From contig NZ_JBEFZF010000002.1 of assembly GCF_046524175.1 (NCBI RefSeq), forward strand, positions 107,304-171,303: a stretch of DNA of 64,000 bases, in the 5' to 3' direction. The stretch is from Spongiivirga sp. MCCC 1A20706 (lineage in GTDB: Bacteria; Bacteroidota; Bacteroidia; Flavobacteriales; Flavobacteriaceae). The notes under the pieces were generated by a model. The model was not told the DNA's origin. It worked only from the letters and a program-made list of their open reading frames with translations, and did no database searches. Both the position numbers and the translations under genes were made by a program. Shown piece by piece: positions 19,261-28,655 of the stretch; position 1 is the stretch's first letter; each line of letters begins with the position of its first letter.

Positions 19261-20643
19261 TTAGTTGAATTGTTTTAAAATATCATCAATTGTTTCACCT
19301 GATTTAGGCTGATGTGTTTGGATATTAATAGCTAACAACTGCTCTTGTAAATTATCACCTAGAAGTTTTCCTAAGTTATATTGAATGGTTTCAAGGCGTT
19401 GAGGTAGTGGTTCTTTTGTGTCGGGCAGTAATAGGTAATATGAATTATAAGCGTCTGCGGCCAAAACATCACTTGGTAATAAATAGGATTGAATAATTGT
19501 TCCTATTTCCTTTACTAATGCCTTTTTTGTGTCATCATCAAAATGACCTAAGCGGTTGTTTTCAAAACGGATAGAAGCCATTTGACTTGTTGCTTTACTT
19601 ATAGTTATTCTTTTTAACTCTTGTCCTGCAATAATTTTAAACAAAGACAAGGTCATTATGCCATCGGGAGAAATAGATATTTGGCTGTTTTGTTGCACAT
19701 TTCCTAGTAACCATTCTTCTCCTAACGATGTGATACTGTATGTGCCAATGGTCTTTTTTATTAAGGCGGAAAGTTCATTTTCCGTTTCGCAATCAATGCA
19801 TTTAGCCACCATATTCGGTGTTTGAAATTCATGGTTACAACAGTTGCAGTTATACATGGATGATGGCTTGTCATAATCGATACCAATATGCCTTAATTGC
19901 TTATCGCACTTAGGGCAAGATAATCCCTCTTTTGTTTTAAAGTCTTTTTCCGGGGCAACATGGGCACAAACGAAGTGATGTACAATGTCTTGTGCTTTGA
20001 TATCGATACTATCACACTTAGGGCAGGTTTCAATAAAATTCAAGTAATTACCGTGACAATTTTTACATAAATGAACATGGTCATGTAGTTTCATCGTCAG
20101 ATGACCAGATGCCACGCTTTTTTCAAGCATTAATAATTTAGGCAGTACTTCCTCCTTTTTATAAAAAAGATCAATTAATGGAAGGATATACCCAATTAAG
20201 CTTGTTCTATCTGCAATCGGTTCTATTGGATGATTTCTGGTGAAAAGAAAAGCCAAGATTTTGTATTGCAATTGGTCATCGTGGGCTCCATTTTTTGTAA
20301 GCGATATCCTTTTAAGACGCTTGCTGATCACGTCAATACGGTTGACAGCTATTGGGAGCTGATCGATATCAATATATCCATCAGTATGTATGCCAACAGT
20401 CTTATGTAATTGGCAAGTAGCGTTTATAAAAATGGGTTTTAACGCAATTGCCAAATCGGCGTTTTTGCGAATATGAAAGACCAAGTCTGTTGCATGTTCT
20501 TTGTTTTCCGTGTTGATAATAACAGCATCGATATAGGTTAAAGGCTCATGCAGCAGCACCGATAGGTGATCAACTTTTAGCATGGTGTAACCTGAGAACT
20601 GAATCTTATTGGAACGGTCGTTATGTCGTAGAACATTTAACAT
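19261..20643 (-). CDS. Cys-rich protein with five Cys pairs (zinc-ribbon-like); possible TackOD1-like output/regulatory domain
   Basis: CKNC...CPKC...CPKC...CNCC...CIDC within about 90 aa, flanked by non-membrane domains. 4-nt spacing to the GT2 gene. Confidence 0.6.
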   Translation of the reverse strand: MLNVLRHNDRSNKIQFSGYTMLKVDHLSVLLHEPLTYIDAVIINTENKEHATDLVFHIRKNADLAIALKPIFINATCQLHKTVGIHTDGYIDIDQLPIAVNRIDVISKRLKRISLTKNGAHDDQLQYKILAFLFTRNHPIEPIADRTSLIGYILPLIDLFYKKEEVLPKLLMLEKSVASGHLTMKLHDHVHLCKNCHGNYLNFIETCPKCDSIDIKAQDIVHHFVCAHVAPEKDFKTKEGLSCPKCDKQLRHIGIDYDKPSSMYNCNCCNHEFQTPNMVAKCIDCETENELSALIKKTIGTYSITSLGEEWLLGNVQQNSQISISPDGIMTLSLFKIIAGQELKRITISKATSQMASIRFENNRLGHFDDDTKKALVKEIGTIIQSYLLPSDVLAADAYNSYYLLLPDTKEPLPQRLETIQYNLGKLLGDNLQEQLLAINIQTHQPKSGETIDDILKQFN

Positions 20644-20676
20644 GACTTGGTCTATTGTCAGGGGACTAGTTTAAAA

Positions 20677-22041
20677 TTAAAGCGACATATATACGCTTGC
20701 AGGGATTTTATCTTTCATATTCCCTTTAATATCAAAGATGATGGCGTCGTCTTTTGCATTTTTCAACAAATCGAAATAGCCTAAGTCTTGATAATCTGTA
20801 TGATCAACGGCTAGCACGATCGCATCAAAACGTTCAGAAGTGCTTTTAGTAAGTTCAATCCCATAATGCTGCTTTACTTCATCAGCATTAGCCATATAAT
20901 CTTGTACGCAAACTTGAAATCCTTTTTCTTTTAGAGCAAGGCAAAGTTCAGCAGCTTTTGAGTTACGAATATCATTGACGTTTTCTTTAAAGGTGATTCC
21001 CTTTACCAGAATAGTGTGTTGCTTTTTTTGCAAACCGTTTCTATATACTCGTTTACTAATTTCGCTTACAATATGTGGAACCATACTTTCATTGACTTTG
21101 CGAACTTGTTCAAGAAGTTTGGGTTCGATTTTATGCTGCTTTGCTTTATGAATTAGATAATAAGGATCTACACCAATACAATGACCTCCGACTAAACCTG
21201 GATAGTAGTGATGAAAATTCCACTTACTTCCTGCAGCTTCTAAAACTTCTTTTGTATTAATATCCAATTTGTTAAATATCTGAGAAAGCTCATTCATTAA
21301 ACCGATGTTTACATCTCGTTGAATATTTTCAACAACTTTTGCGGCTTCTGCAACTCGAATGGTAGCTGCCCGGTATACGCCCGCTTTCACAGCACTTTCG
21401 TAAACATCAGCAATAACTTCTAAAGCTTCTGGAGTACTTCCGGAAACGATTTTCTTAATACTTGTAAACGTATGTTGTGTATCCCCTGGATTAATTCGCT
21501 CAGGAGAGTATCCGATGGTAAAGTCTTCATTATATTTTAGGCGTGAAATACGCTCTAAAATGGGTACGCACACTTCTTCTGTACAGCCCGGATATACGGT
21601 AGATTCGAAAACAACACAATCGCCCTTTTTTAAATGACGAGCTACGGTAGCAGTAGCAGCCATTATCGGTCTTAGGTTCGGTTTTTTTAAATGATCTATA
21701 GGAGAAGGTACCGCTACAATATAAAACTTTGCGCTAGCCAGTACCTTATCGTTTGCACTAAAAGCAATGTCTTTTCCTTTAAATTCGTCAGCGGCTAGTT
21801 CGCCACAGGGATCTTGATGTTGTGCAATTTGAACAACTTTTTCTTCGCTAATATCAAAACCTACTACCTTAAAGTGAGCAGCCATATGTACCGCTAAAGG
21901 AAGCCCTACATATCCCAGACCAACGACAGCGATTTGTTCTTCTTTGTTTTTTAGTTTTTTGAAAAGATCACTTTGCTTGTAACCAAGTGTAGGTTGATCA
22001 AAATCATTTACATGTAGGTTGTATTTTAATTGTGTGTTCAT
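20677..22041 (-). CDS. UDP-N-acetyl-hexosamine 6-dehydrogenase (TviB/WbpO/Cap5O family nucleotide-sugar dehydrogenase)
   Basis: IAVVGLGYVGLPLAV Rossmann motif typical of the UDP-HexNAc dehydrogenase subfamily. GGHCIGVDPYY catalytic-Cys region. Confidence 0.85.
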   Translation of the reverse strand: MNTQLKYNLHVNDFDQPTLGYKQSDLFKKLKNKEEQIAVVGLGYVGLPLAVHMAAHFKVVGFDISEEKVVQIAQHQDPCGELAADEFKGKDIAFSANDKVLASAKFYIVAVPSPIDHLKKPNLRPIMAATATVARHLKKGDCVVFESTVYPGCTEEVCVPILERISRLKYNEDFTIGYSPERINPGDTQHTFTSIKKIVSGSTPEALEVIADVYESAVKAGVYRAATIRVAEAAKVVENIQRDVNIGLMNELSQIFNKLDINTKEVLEAAGSKWNFHHYYPGLVGGHCIGVDPYYLIHKAKQHKIEPKLLEQVRKVNESMVPHIVSEISKRVYRNGLQKKQHTILVKGITFKENVNDIRNSKAAELCLALKEKGFQVCVQDYMANADEVKQHYGIELTKSTSERFDAIVLAVDHTDYQDLGYFDLLKNAKDDAIIFDIKGNMKDKIPASVYMSL

Positions 22042-22169
22042 AATAGTAAGATTTAATGGGTTATAATTTCTGATACTAAATTAGTTTTGATATTGTTGTA
22101 AAGAGCTGCTTTTTAGTTTGATAGAAGACTCTTGTAGATGAATGGTCGTTATCCTTAGACGGATGGTTT

Positions 22170-23222
22170 TTAGCGGAAAGTCTTGTTTAATGAAATGGAA
22201 ACGTTTAACATATGATAAGCTCCCCAGCGATCTTTCTGTTCCGCTCGCAAAGGGATTATTTCTGCAAGAATATTTCGTTCTGTGGGCTCATACTTTTTCT
22301 GGAATTCTATAGGAGCCGTATAAGTGGATACATATAATTTATTAATAACCCCTTTTTCTTTTGTTTGATCCGGAAATAGTATATCGACGATGTCCCCCTC
22401 GTCAAGATGTGCCGCGTCTTTAAGATCAAAATATCCTTTTATAAATACTTTTTCGGTGTTGTGTATGGTCATTACCCGCTCTCCTTTATAACAAGACTCT
22501 TCTCTATTTTTGTGAATTTGACCAATAATACCATTAATAGGAGATAGGTAACTGCTTCTATGGCTGGAATAACCACCAGTACTTAGGTCGAAAATAGTAG
22601 GTTGTGTTGCGTGATTATTGTTGTTTCTTAATAGGGAAGTCTGGGAAAGCAAAAAACGTATCTCGTTATTAAGCAATGAAATCTTGTTTTTGGCAAGTAG
22701 AATTTGATTCCTAATCCCTTCTAATTTTTCTTTGGTATACACATCTAATAACACCAGTTTTATCATCTTTTCTAGTTGTTGATCTAACTGATTTGTATGA
22801 TTGTATAGGTTGTTTCGTTCTATTCTCTTTTGGGCTATTTTGAAAGCTAAATCCTGCAAGGCATCATTTTTTTTCTCGTTTTTCCCCTCAGATCGTAATA
22901 AGACAGCTGCTTCATTGTCAAACTCATTTTGTTGATATGAAAATAGGTTCTGATCTATTTGTACGGAATCACCTTCTTGAACAGATAGTTGTTTAATCCG
23001 AATATCTTGTGTAAAATTTACATCTATTTTATCCATAACAACCATACCATTTGCTTTAACGATAGCCACTTTGGTATATAGATATTTTGCTAAGAAACCA
23101 AAGGCGATTAATACAAGAATAAAATATACTAACCTATCGAAGTTGAATTTCTTCTTCTTCACTACCGGTTCTTTAAGGGTTCGAATCTTTGCGGTTTCTT
23201 TTTGATAAGAAAATGTCCTCAT
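22170..23222 (-). CDS. HlyD-family periplasmic adaptor (membrane fusion protein)
   Basis: N-terminal TM LVYFILVLIAFGFLA, long coiled coil, C-terminal beta-barrel-like region. About 350 aa. Confidence 0.75.
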   Translation of the reverse strand: MRTFSYQKETAKIRTLKEPVVKKKKFNFDRLVYFILVLIAFGFLAKYLYTKVAIVKANGMVVMDKIDVNFTQDIRIKQLSVQEGDSVQIDQNLFSYQQNEFDNEAAVLLRSEGKNEKKNDALQDLAFKIAQKRIERNNLYNHTNQLDQQLEKMIKLVLLDVYTKEKLEGIRNQILLAKNKISLLNNEIRFLLSQTSLLRNNNNHATQPTIFDLSTGGYSSHRSSYLSPINGIIGQIHKNREESCYKGERVMTIHNTEKVFIKGYFDLKDAAHLDEGDIVDILFPDQTKEKGVINKLYVSTYTAPIEFQKKYEPTERNILAEIIPLRAEQKDRWGAYHMLNVSISLNKTFR

Positions 23223-23226
23223 GTTC

Positions 23227-24753
23227 TTATTTTTTAGAGATTAATTCTAACTCGTTTGAAATCAAGTCTTTTAAAAAAACAGCATTAGGAGTTGGTTGTT
23301 CAAATGAGACCTGGATGCCTTCTTTCTTCAGTAGGTTTTCAAAAGCACCATCTTGAAAGGTCATCTGAATACGTTGTATGTTTTTCGCTTTTAGAAATTG
23401 TAGTTGTAGTCTTTGCGAAAAAGAACTTTTTGTAATTACCACAGGGTCTAAACTAATACCTGTGTTGAATGCAACAGATGAGATAAATTGATGAATATTG
23501 GATTCCGGACTAAGCTCGATAATATGAGAAACAATCGTATACAATTGTTTTTTTAGCTGTAATACATTTTCTATAATATCATATTGCTCCTTAGTATACT
23601 GTAACAAAAGTAAACCGCAGTTATAGGTATTTAGTTCTTCCTTTATAATTTGGGTGATGGTTTTTCGCTGTTGGATGATCAACCATTTTTTATGAAGGGT
23701 GTATAGATCGTTAATTTTTTCTTGATGTGCATTTAAATAAGTGACAAGCTGATTCTGTTTACCCACTAATCGATCATCTTCTTGAGCAGTAGCTTGTTGT
23801 ATTTTTGTTTGAATAATTTTTTTCCGATTGTTAAAACGAATAGGAGCACTGAATCTGGCACCAATTAAAGGGCTACTAAATTGCCTCGTTATGGTCTCCG
23901 TCCAGTTATAATTAGCATAAATCGAAAACTTAATGTCTCTGAATGCTCGATTTTTTAGCTTAATAATGTGTTGCTTCCATATTTTTTTGTCTTCGTTTTT
24001 AGGCGATTTGAAAATATCATCTTTATTTAAATCAATCTTTATTAATGGAAGTTTCTCATTTAAGAACAATGCAGGAATACTATCTGCTACATGATCTTGA
24101 TAAAATTGTATTTGCTTAGATTGTTCTCTACTGTTATATAACTCATTAGATATTTTGATAACCTCTTCTCTTTTGATCATTTTTTGAGAGTAGAGTTCAT
24201 TTAAAATGTCAAAGTATTTTTCTAGAAATTTACTTTTGCTTGTATAATGGTTTAAGAGTTCTTGATTAATAGCATAATTGTAATGCAACCGAAATTGGCG
24301 CCGCCAAATAATTTTGTTTTCTCGCTCTAAAGCGTCATTCAATAGTTGTTTTTCGAGTAGCGCGGTTGTTGCTTTCGTTCTATTTGCAAAGAATCCGCCC
24401 TTTAATATATCCCATTCTAATTCCGCATTAAATCTAGATACCGTTATGTTATTTGTTTCATCATCAAGAACTCCTTGGAAATTGCGATAGCTATTAGCTT
24501 TTATTTGCAAGCCCCAGTCTTTTTTGTATTCATTTGATTCTAAATCTTTTATTCTTATTTCATGCCATGTAGGACTAATGGAATCAAGCATTTTGAAAAT
24601 ATCAAAGTTGATATCTTCATATGAATAAGGAAAATGAAGGAGCGTGTTTGCATCCTGATAAATAACATGACTCTTCATCAGCAAAGAGTCAATTTCTTGG
24701 GGTTTAGCTAATGTAGAGACTAGTAAAAGTGCTATGAAAATTGGGGCTTTCAT
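23227..24753 (-). CDS. TolC-like outer-membrane factor
   Basis: Signal peptide. Repeated helix/strand architecture with ILKGGFFANRTKA, compare the TolC LFDGG motif. Confidence 0.55.
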   Translation of the reverse strand: MKAPIFIALLLVSTLAKPQEIDSLLMKSHVIYQDANTLLHFPYSYEDINFDIFKMLDSISPTWHEIRIKDLESNEYKKDWGLQIKANSYRNFQGVLDDETNNITVSRFNAELEWDILKGGFFANRTKATTALLEKQLLNDALERENKIIWRRQFRLHYNYAINQELLNHYTSKSKFLEKYFDILNELYSQKMIKREEVIKISNELYNSREQSKQIQFYQDHVADSIPALFLNEKLPLIKIDLNKDDIFKSPKNEDKKIWKQHIIKLKNRAFRDIKFSIYANYNWTETITRQFSSPLIGARFSAPIRFNNRKKIIQTKIQQATAQEDDRLVGKQNQLVTYLNAHQEKINDLYTLHKKWLIIQQRKTITQIIKEELNTYNCGLLLLQYTKEQYDIIENVLQLKKQLYTIVSHIIELSPESNIHQFISSVAFNTGISLDPVVITKSSFSQRLQLQFLKAKNIQRIQMTFQDGAFENLLKKEGIQVSFEQPTPNAVFLKDLISNELELISKK

Positions 24754-24810
24754 ACAGCCAAACTAACCCCATAAAGTTGTTTATATCATATTAATCGATA
24801 GAAGGGTAAA

Positions 24811-24858
24811 TTAGTGTCGACGAGAGGAGTTTTTAGTTCGGTGATTAGAAATTATATT
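24811..24858. promoter_or_regulatory. Conserved upstream box (ttagtgtcgacga-N-agtttt-N-tcg-N-ga-taNaaatta), copy 1, 60-100 nt upstream of the polysaccharide operon start
   Basis: 13/13 identity plus extended similarity to 28656-28700 upstream of the H-NOX operon. Confidence 0.5.
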
Positions 24859-24940
24859 TCAAATATTTAGGGATCAAGAGGTAGACTGCTCCCTTCCTTT
24901 GAGGGAAGGGTGTTCAATTACATTTTAATATCCTGAAGAG

Positions 24941-24983
24941 AACACCCCTCTATATCTCTCCTCAAGGGGAGACTTTAATATGG
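24941..24983. repeat. Hairpin repeat copy 2, nested in a highly structured region at 24880-24990
   Basis: Same 43-nt element as 9488-9530. Adjacent stems cccttcc/ggaaggg and gggtgttc/gaacaccc. Confidence 0.6.
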
Positions 24984-25010
24984 CGCTTACAAGGGTATTG
25001 AAAACGTATT

Positions 25011-25712
25011 TTACAACAAATTCAACCGCTTTCTAAGTTCTGGACGATTTGCACGACTCACAGGTATGATATCTTGTTTAATAAGAACGCTATTATCTTC
25101 GATATCGATAATTTTATTGGTATTAATTACGTATGATCGATGTACTTTTAGGAATAGCGTATCAGGTAGTTTTTCTTCTATTTTCTTTAAAGTCGAATGA
25201 ACAATGTAATTTTTTTGTTCAGTTTTGATATTGATATAATCCCCTTTGGCTTCGACTAAATAAATATCAGGAATGTTTATTTTAACTAAACGACGATCAA
25301 TATTCACAAAGAGGTCATTGTTATTATCTTGTTTCTCGACTGAGGTTTTTTCTTCACTTATGGTTGTTTGCTCAGCTTTTTCAATCGCCTTTTTAAACCG
25401 CAAGAGTTCAATAGGTTTTAGTAAATAGTCAACAATACAATCATATTCAAAAGCTTGTATGGCAAAATTGGCATCAGAAGTTGTTAGTATTATTTTAGGA
25501 GGGGATTTTAATGTCTGAATAAAATCAAAACCCGTAAAATCGGGCATGTGAATATCGAGAAAAATCAGATCGATCTCATTTTGATTTAGGAACTTTATGG
25601 CTTCTATAGCATTTGAAAATTCAGATACCACCTTTAATTGTGATATTTGATCACATAAATGGTTAATAATTGCTCTAGCGGTTGCTTCATCATCAATAAT
25701 TATACAATTCAT
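25011..25712 (-). CDS. Response regulator, receiver (REC) + LytTR DNA-binding domain
   Basis: MNCIIIDDE...LIFLDIHMPDFTGFDF (REC). C-terminal LVEAKGDYINIKTEQKNYIVHSTLKKIE...VHRSYVIN (LytTR). Confidence 0.85.
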   Translation of the reverse strand: MNCIIIDDEATARAIINHLCDQISQLKVVSEFSNAIEAIKFLNQNEIDLIFLDIHMPDFTGFDFIQTLKSPPKIILTTSDANFAIQAFEYDCIVDYLLKPIELLRFKKAIEKAEQTTISEEKTSVEKQDNNNDLFVNIDRRLVKINIPDIYLVEAKGDYINIKTEQKNYIVHSTLKKIEEKLPDTLFLKVHRSYVINTNKIIDIEDNSVLIKQDIIPVSRANRPELRKRLNLL

Positions 25713-25720
25713 AGTGTAGG

Positions 25721-26041
25721 TTAAAGTGTATTTAGGTAGTTTTCTATGGTATTTAATAACTTTCTAAAGCGATCATTCAAGGAGGTATTTTCATTTTTAA
25801 GGTCGTTTTCGAAGTTTTTGGCCAACACGTAACCTTTTTGCAAACCAAGAATATTGATTTTATGCTTTAGTTTGTGTACCTGTTCTGACGCTTTGTTATA
25901 TTCAGATGATTGCATATAAATAGCAAACTCAGCACGTTCTTCAGGAAATTCATTTTTCATAATATTAATGAGCTTTGTCTTGATACCTAAATCTCCTGCA
26001 GCAAGCTCATTAATATAATTAAGATTGGGTGTTTCACTCAT
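25721..26041 (-). CDS. Histidine phosphotransfer (Hpt) protein
   Basis: 106 aa. HKLKHKINILGL fits the Hpt HxLKGxxxxLG phospho-His motif. Overlaps the kinase stop by 4 nt. Confidence 0.7.
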   Translation of the reverse strand: MSETPNLNYINELAAGDLGIKTKLINIMKNEFPEERAEFAIYMQSSEYNKASEQVHKLKHKINILGLQKGYVLAKNFENDLKNENTSLNDRFRKLLNTIENYLNTL

Positions 26042-27630
26042 TTTTTAATGGTAAAGTAAAAAGTACTGCCTTCACCCACTTGCGAAGTAAGCCAAATTCT
26101 ACCACCATAAAAATCGACAATTTTTTTGACAATTGACAATCCTATTCCAGTTGAATTATCCTCATTTTCAAGACTTTGAAAAACATTAAAGATCTTTTCG
26201 AAATACTTTTTTTCAACACCTATACCGTTATCTTCAATAGAAAACTCCCAAAAACGTTCTTTTTCTTCACAGCTAATTTTGACAACGCCCTTTTGTTTGT
26301 CATTGTATTTGATGGCATTACTTATTAAGTTTTGAAAGAGCTGTTGCAGTCTAAACTCATCCCCTTGAACAGTTGGTAGCGTATTCGTTATTTTTACTGA
26401 TATATGCTCTGGTACATAAATGACCTCAATAACATCCTGTACAATCTGGTTGAGGTTAATACTATAAATTTTCTTTTCAATTCGGTCTACACTGGCATAC
26501 TCTAGCACTCCATTAATTAGTTGGTCCATTTTATCTACTTTTTTATGCAACATGTCAAAAGTAGTATTGGCTTTTTTATCGAAGACATCAGCATAGTCTT
26601 CTTGTAACCAAGAAATTAGGCTACTAATACTTCTAAGAGGTGATTTTAGATCGTGCGAAACGATGTGAGCATAATCGTTTAGCTCTTGGTTACTTTTTTC
26701 CAGATCGCTTAACAGCTGTTTTTCCTTTAGTTGTTGTTTAAGCTGTTCGCTCATGTCTTCAATAAGTGCAACCTGATACTTTATATTTCCCAAATCATTT
26801 CGTACGGCACTTACACTTGTTTTGGCCGTTAAGATGCCTCCGTCTTTTTTACGGTATTTTTTTTGAATGGTGAAATTATCAATATCTCCATTATTTAGGG
26901 CTTCCATTTTTTCTTTAGAAGCATTGTATTCATCTTTGACAGAAATGTCTTTAACCTGCATTGTATTTAGCTCATCAGCAGTAAACCCTAATAACTGTTG
27001 AAAAGCACTGTTTGTTTGTAAAATTTTTCCATGTTGTGTTAAGGCAATCCCTAAAGAAGAGTTTTCTACAATAACACTTAACTGTTTTTTTTGCTCTTCA
27101 AAAACTTGTTGATTTTTAACCTGCTCTGTAGTATCTCGTACGATACCTTGTGCGGCTATGGGCTCTTTTTTAGCGTTGAAGACTAAACTGGCATTAATTT
27201 GCACATTTCTCACCTCCCGTTGTTTTGTATATACCCTGGCATTGTAGTTGGTAAAAGCACCTTTTTTCACTAGTTCTTGAAAAGACTTCATCGCATAAGG
27301 GATATCTTGCTTGTAGATAAGACCAACAACGTTTAAAGGTTCTTTGTCAATATCATACCCGAACAGTGTTTTTGCAGCATCATTCATTTTAAGGACATCA
27401 CCAGATAAGTTCATAACCACATAGGCGTCTACAATATTTTCAAAAACACCTTGCAACTCTGAAGTTCGTTCGCTTACTAAACTTTCGAGCTTTTCATTGG
27501 CCGTTCGGAGCTCTGTTGTTAATTGAAATAGATCAGAGGCTTTTTCTTCAAGTATTTTTTCAGCTTGTTTCCTAGCATTCTTTTCTCGGGCTAAAGCACG
27601 TTTTAATATGTCTGTTTCTTTGGACATCAA
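26038..27630 (-). CDS. Soluble PAS-domain sensor histidine kinase
   Basis: HisKA H-box SHDLKSPLRSI. HATPase N/G boxes (NAIKYN..., DNGIGV, GTGIGLSIVKK). PAS-like repeats. No TM helix. Confidence 0.85.
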   Translation of the reverse strand: MMSKETDILKRALAREKNARKQAEKILEEKASDLFQLTTELRTANEKLESLVSERTSELQGVFENIVDAYVVMNLSGDVLKMNDAAKTLFGYDIDKEPLNVVGLIYKQDIPYAMKSFQELVKKGAFTNYNARVYTKQREVRNVQINASLVFNAKKEPIAAQGIVRDTTEQVKNQQVFEEQKKQLSVIVENSSLGIALTQHGKILQTNSAFQQLLGFTADELNTMQVKDISVKDEYNASKEKMEALNNGDIDNFTIQKKYRKKDGGILTAKTSVSAVRNDLGNIKYQVALIEDMSEQLKQQLKEKQLLSDLEKSNQELNDYAHIVSHDLKSPLRSISSLISWLQEDYADVFDKKANTTFDMLHKKVDKMDQLINGVLEYASVDRIEKKIYSINLNQIVQDVIEVIYVPEHISVKITNTLPTVQGDEFRLQQLFQNLISNAIKYNDKQKGVVKISCEEKERFWEFSIEDNGIGVEKKYFEKIFNVFQSLENEDNSTGIGLSIVKKIVDFYGGRIWLTSQVGEGSTFYFTIKK

Positions 27631-28166
27631 AGTCTTTTAATATTAAACCTTACTTCGGTTCCGTCTTTGGCTATATTTTCCGTATCGATACTACCTTTTT
27701 CATCAAAATGAAGAAATGTTTTGCGCATTAATCCAAGCCCAAACTGATGTAAAGCCCTGTTCGATCGGTAGATCATTATGAGGGAATTTTCTTTTTTCTC
27801 AATAATTTCAAAAGTAGGTAATTCGGCATCAGGATATATTTTCCGCACCTCTACATGAATGTGATTTTCGATAGAAGAGAGCATTTCCAAAGGATCATCA
27901 TATAAAGCGATAAATTGAGGGTAATCTCTTTTAAGAACATCAAAAAAATGTTCTCCATAAACACAGAGTAGTTGATCAACTGCAATGGAAGTATTTTTAC
28001 TTAGATTTGATACTAAACTTAGCATTTCTGCGAAATCATAAGTGCCGACAGCGGTATATATTCCTTTTGATTTAAGATCAGATTCCTGAATGAGTTGATC
28101 GACCATTTCCAATCCGAATTTATCTTCAACAAGTTCTAAAAACTCTGTAAATACAATTCCTTTCAT
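27627..28166 (-). CDS. hnoX: H-NOX (haem nitric oxide/oxygen-binding) sensor domain protein
   Basis: Starts MKGIVF. Proximal His at residue 102 (ENHIH) and the Y133-x-S135-x-R137 haem-propionate motif (IYRSNR) at the canonical spacing. 4-nt overlap with the kinase gene. Confidence 0.85.
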   Translation of the reverse strand: MKGIVFTEFLELVEDKFGLEMVDQLIQESDLKSKGIYTAVGTYDFAEMLSLVSNLSKNTSIAVDQLLCVYGEHFFDVLKRDYPQFIALYDDPLEMLSSIENHIHVEVRKIYPDAELPTFEIIEKKENSLIMIYRSNRALHQFGLGLMRKTFLHFDEKGSIDTENIAKDGTEVRFNIKRL

Positions 28167-28577
28167 TTATAATTTAATTAGTTCGTTATTTGACCAATAC
28201 GCAACAGCAATTTTTATTTTTTCCTTGTAGTCTTCATAACGTAAAGGTTTTAATATGTAGCCAGCAATTCCGATGGTATAGCATTCTAAAATATCCGTTC
28301 GGTTATTTGATGTGGTAAGTATCATAGCCGGAATATATTTTAGGGCTGCGTTCTTTTTAAGAATTTTCAGAAATTCTGTTCCGTTCATCTTAGGCATGTT
28401 AAGATCTAAAAAGATCACATCGGGGGTTTTGTTTTCTTCTTGTAAAATAGTAAGAGCCTCTTCACCATTTTTTGATAGCGTTAGATTGTATTTTATATTC
28501 ATGCTATCCAGCACTCTTTTAAATTTAATAGTTTCTATTTCATCATCTTCAATTAATAAGATCGACAGTGTTTTCAT
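28167..28577 (-). CDS. Single-domain CheY-like response regulator (receiver only)
   Basis: LLIEDDE...VIFLDLNMPKMNG...ILTTS...GIAGYILKP. Confidence 0.85.
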   Translation of the reverse strand: MKTLSILLIEDDEIETIKFKRVLDSMNIKYNLTLSKNGEEALTILQEENKTPDVIFLDLNMPKMNGTEFLKILKKNAALKYIPAMILTTSNNRTDILECYTIGIAGYILKPLRYEDYKEKIKIAVAYWSNNELIKL

Positions 28578-28655
28578 TTTTAAATAGACATAAGGTTTTT
28601 ATAAAGATGTCTATTGTCTTTATAATTTGACATTAAATTTCGGTGAATAGATGCT

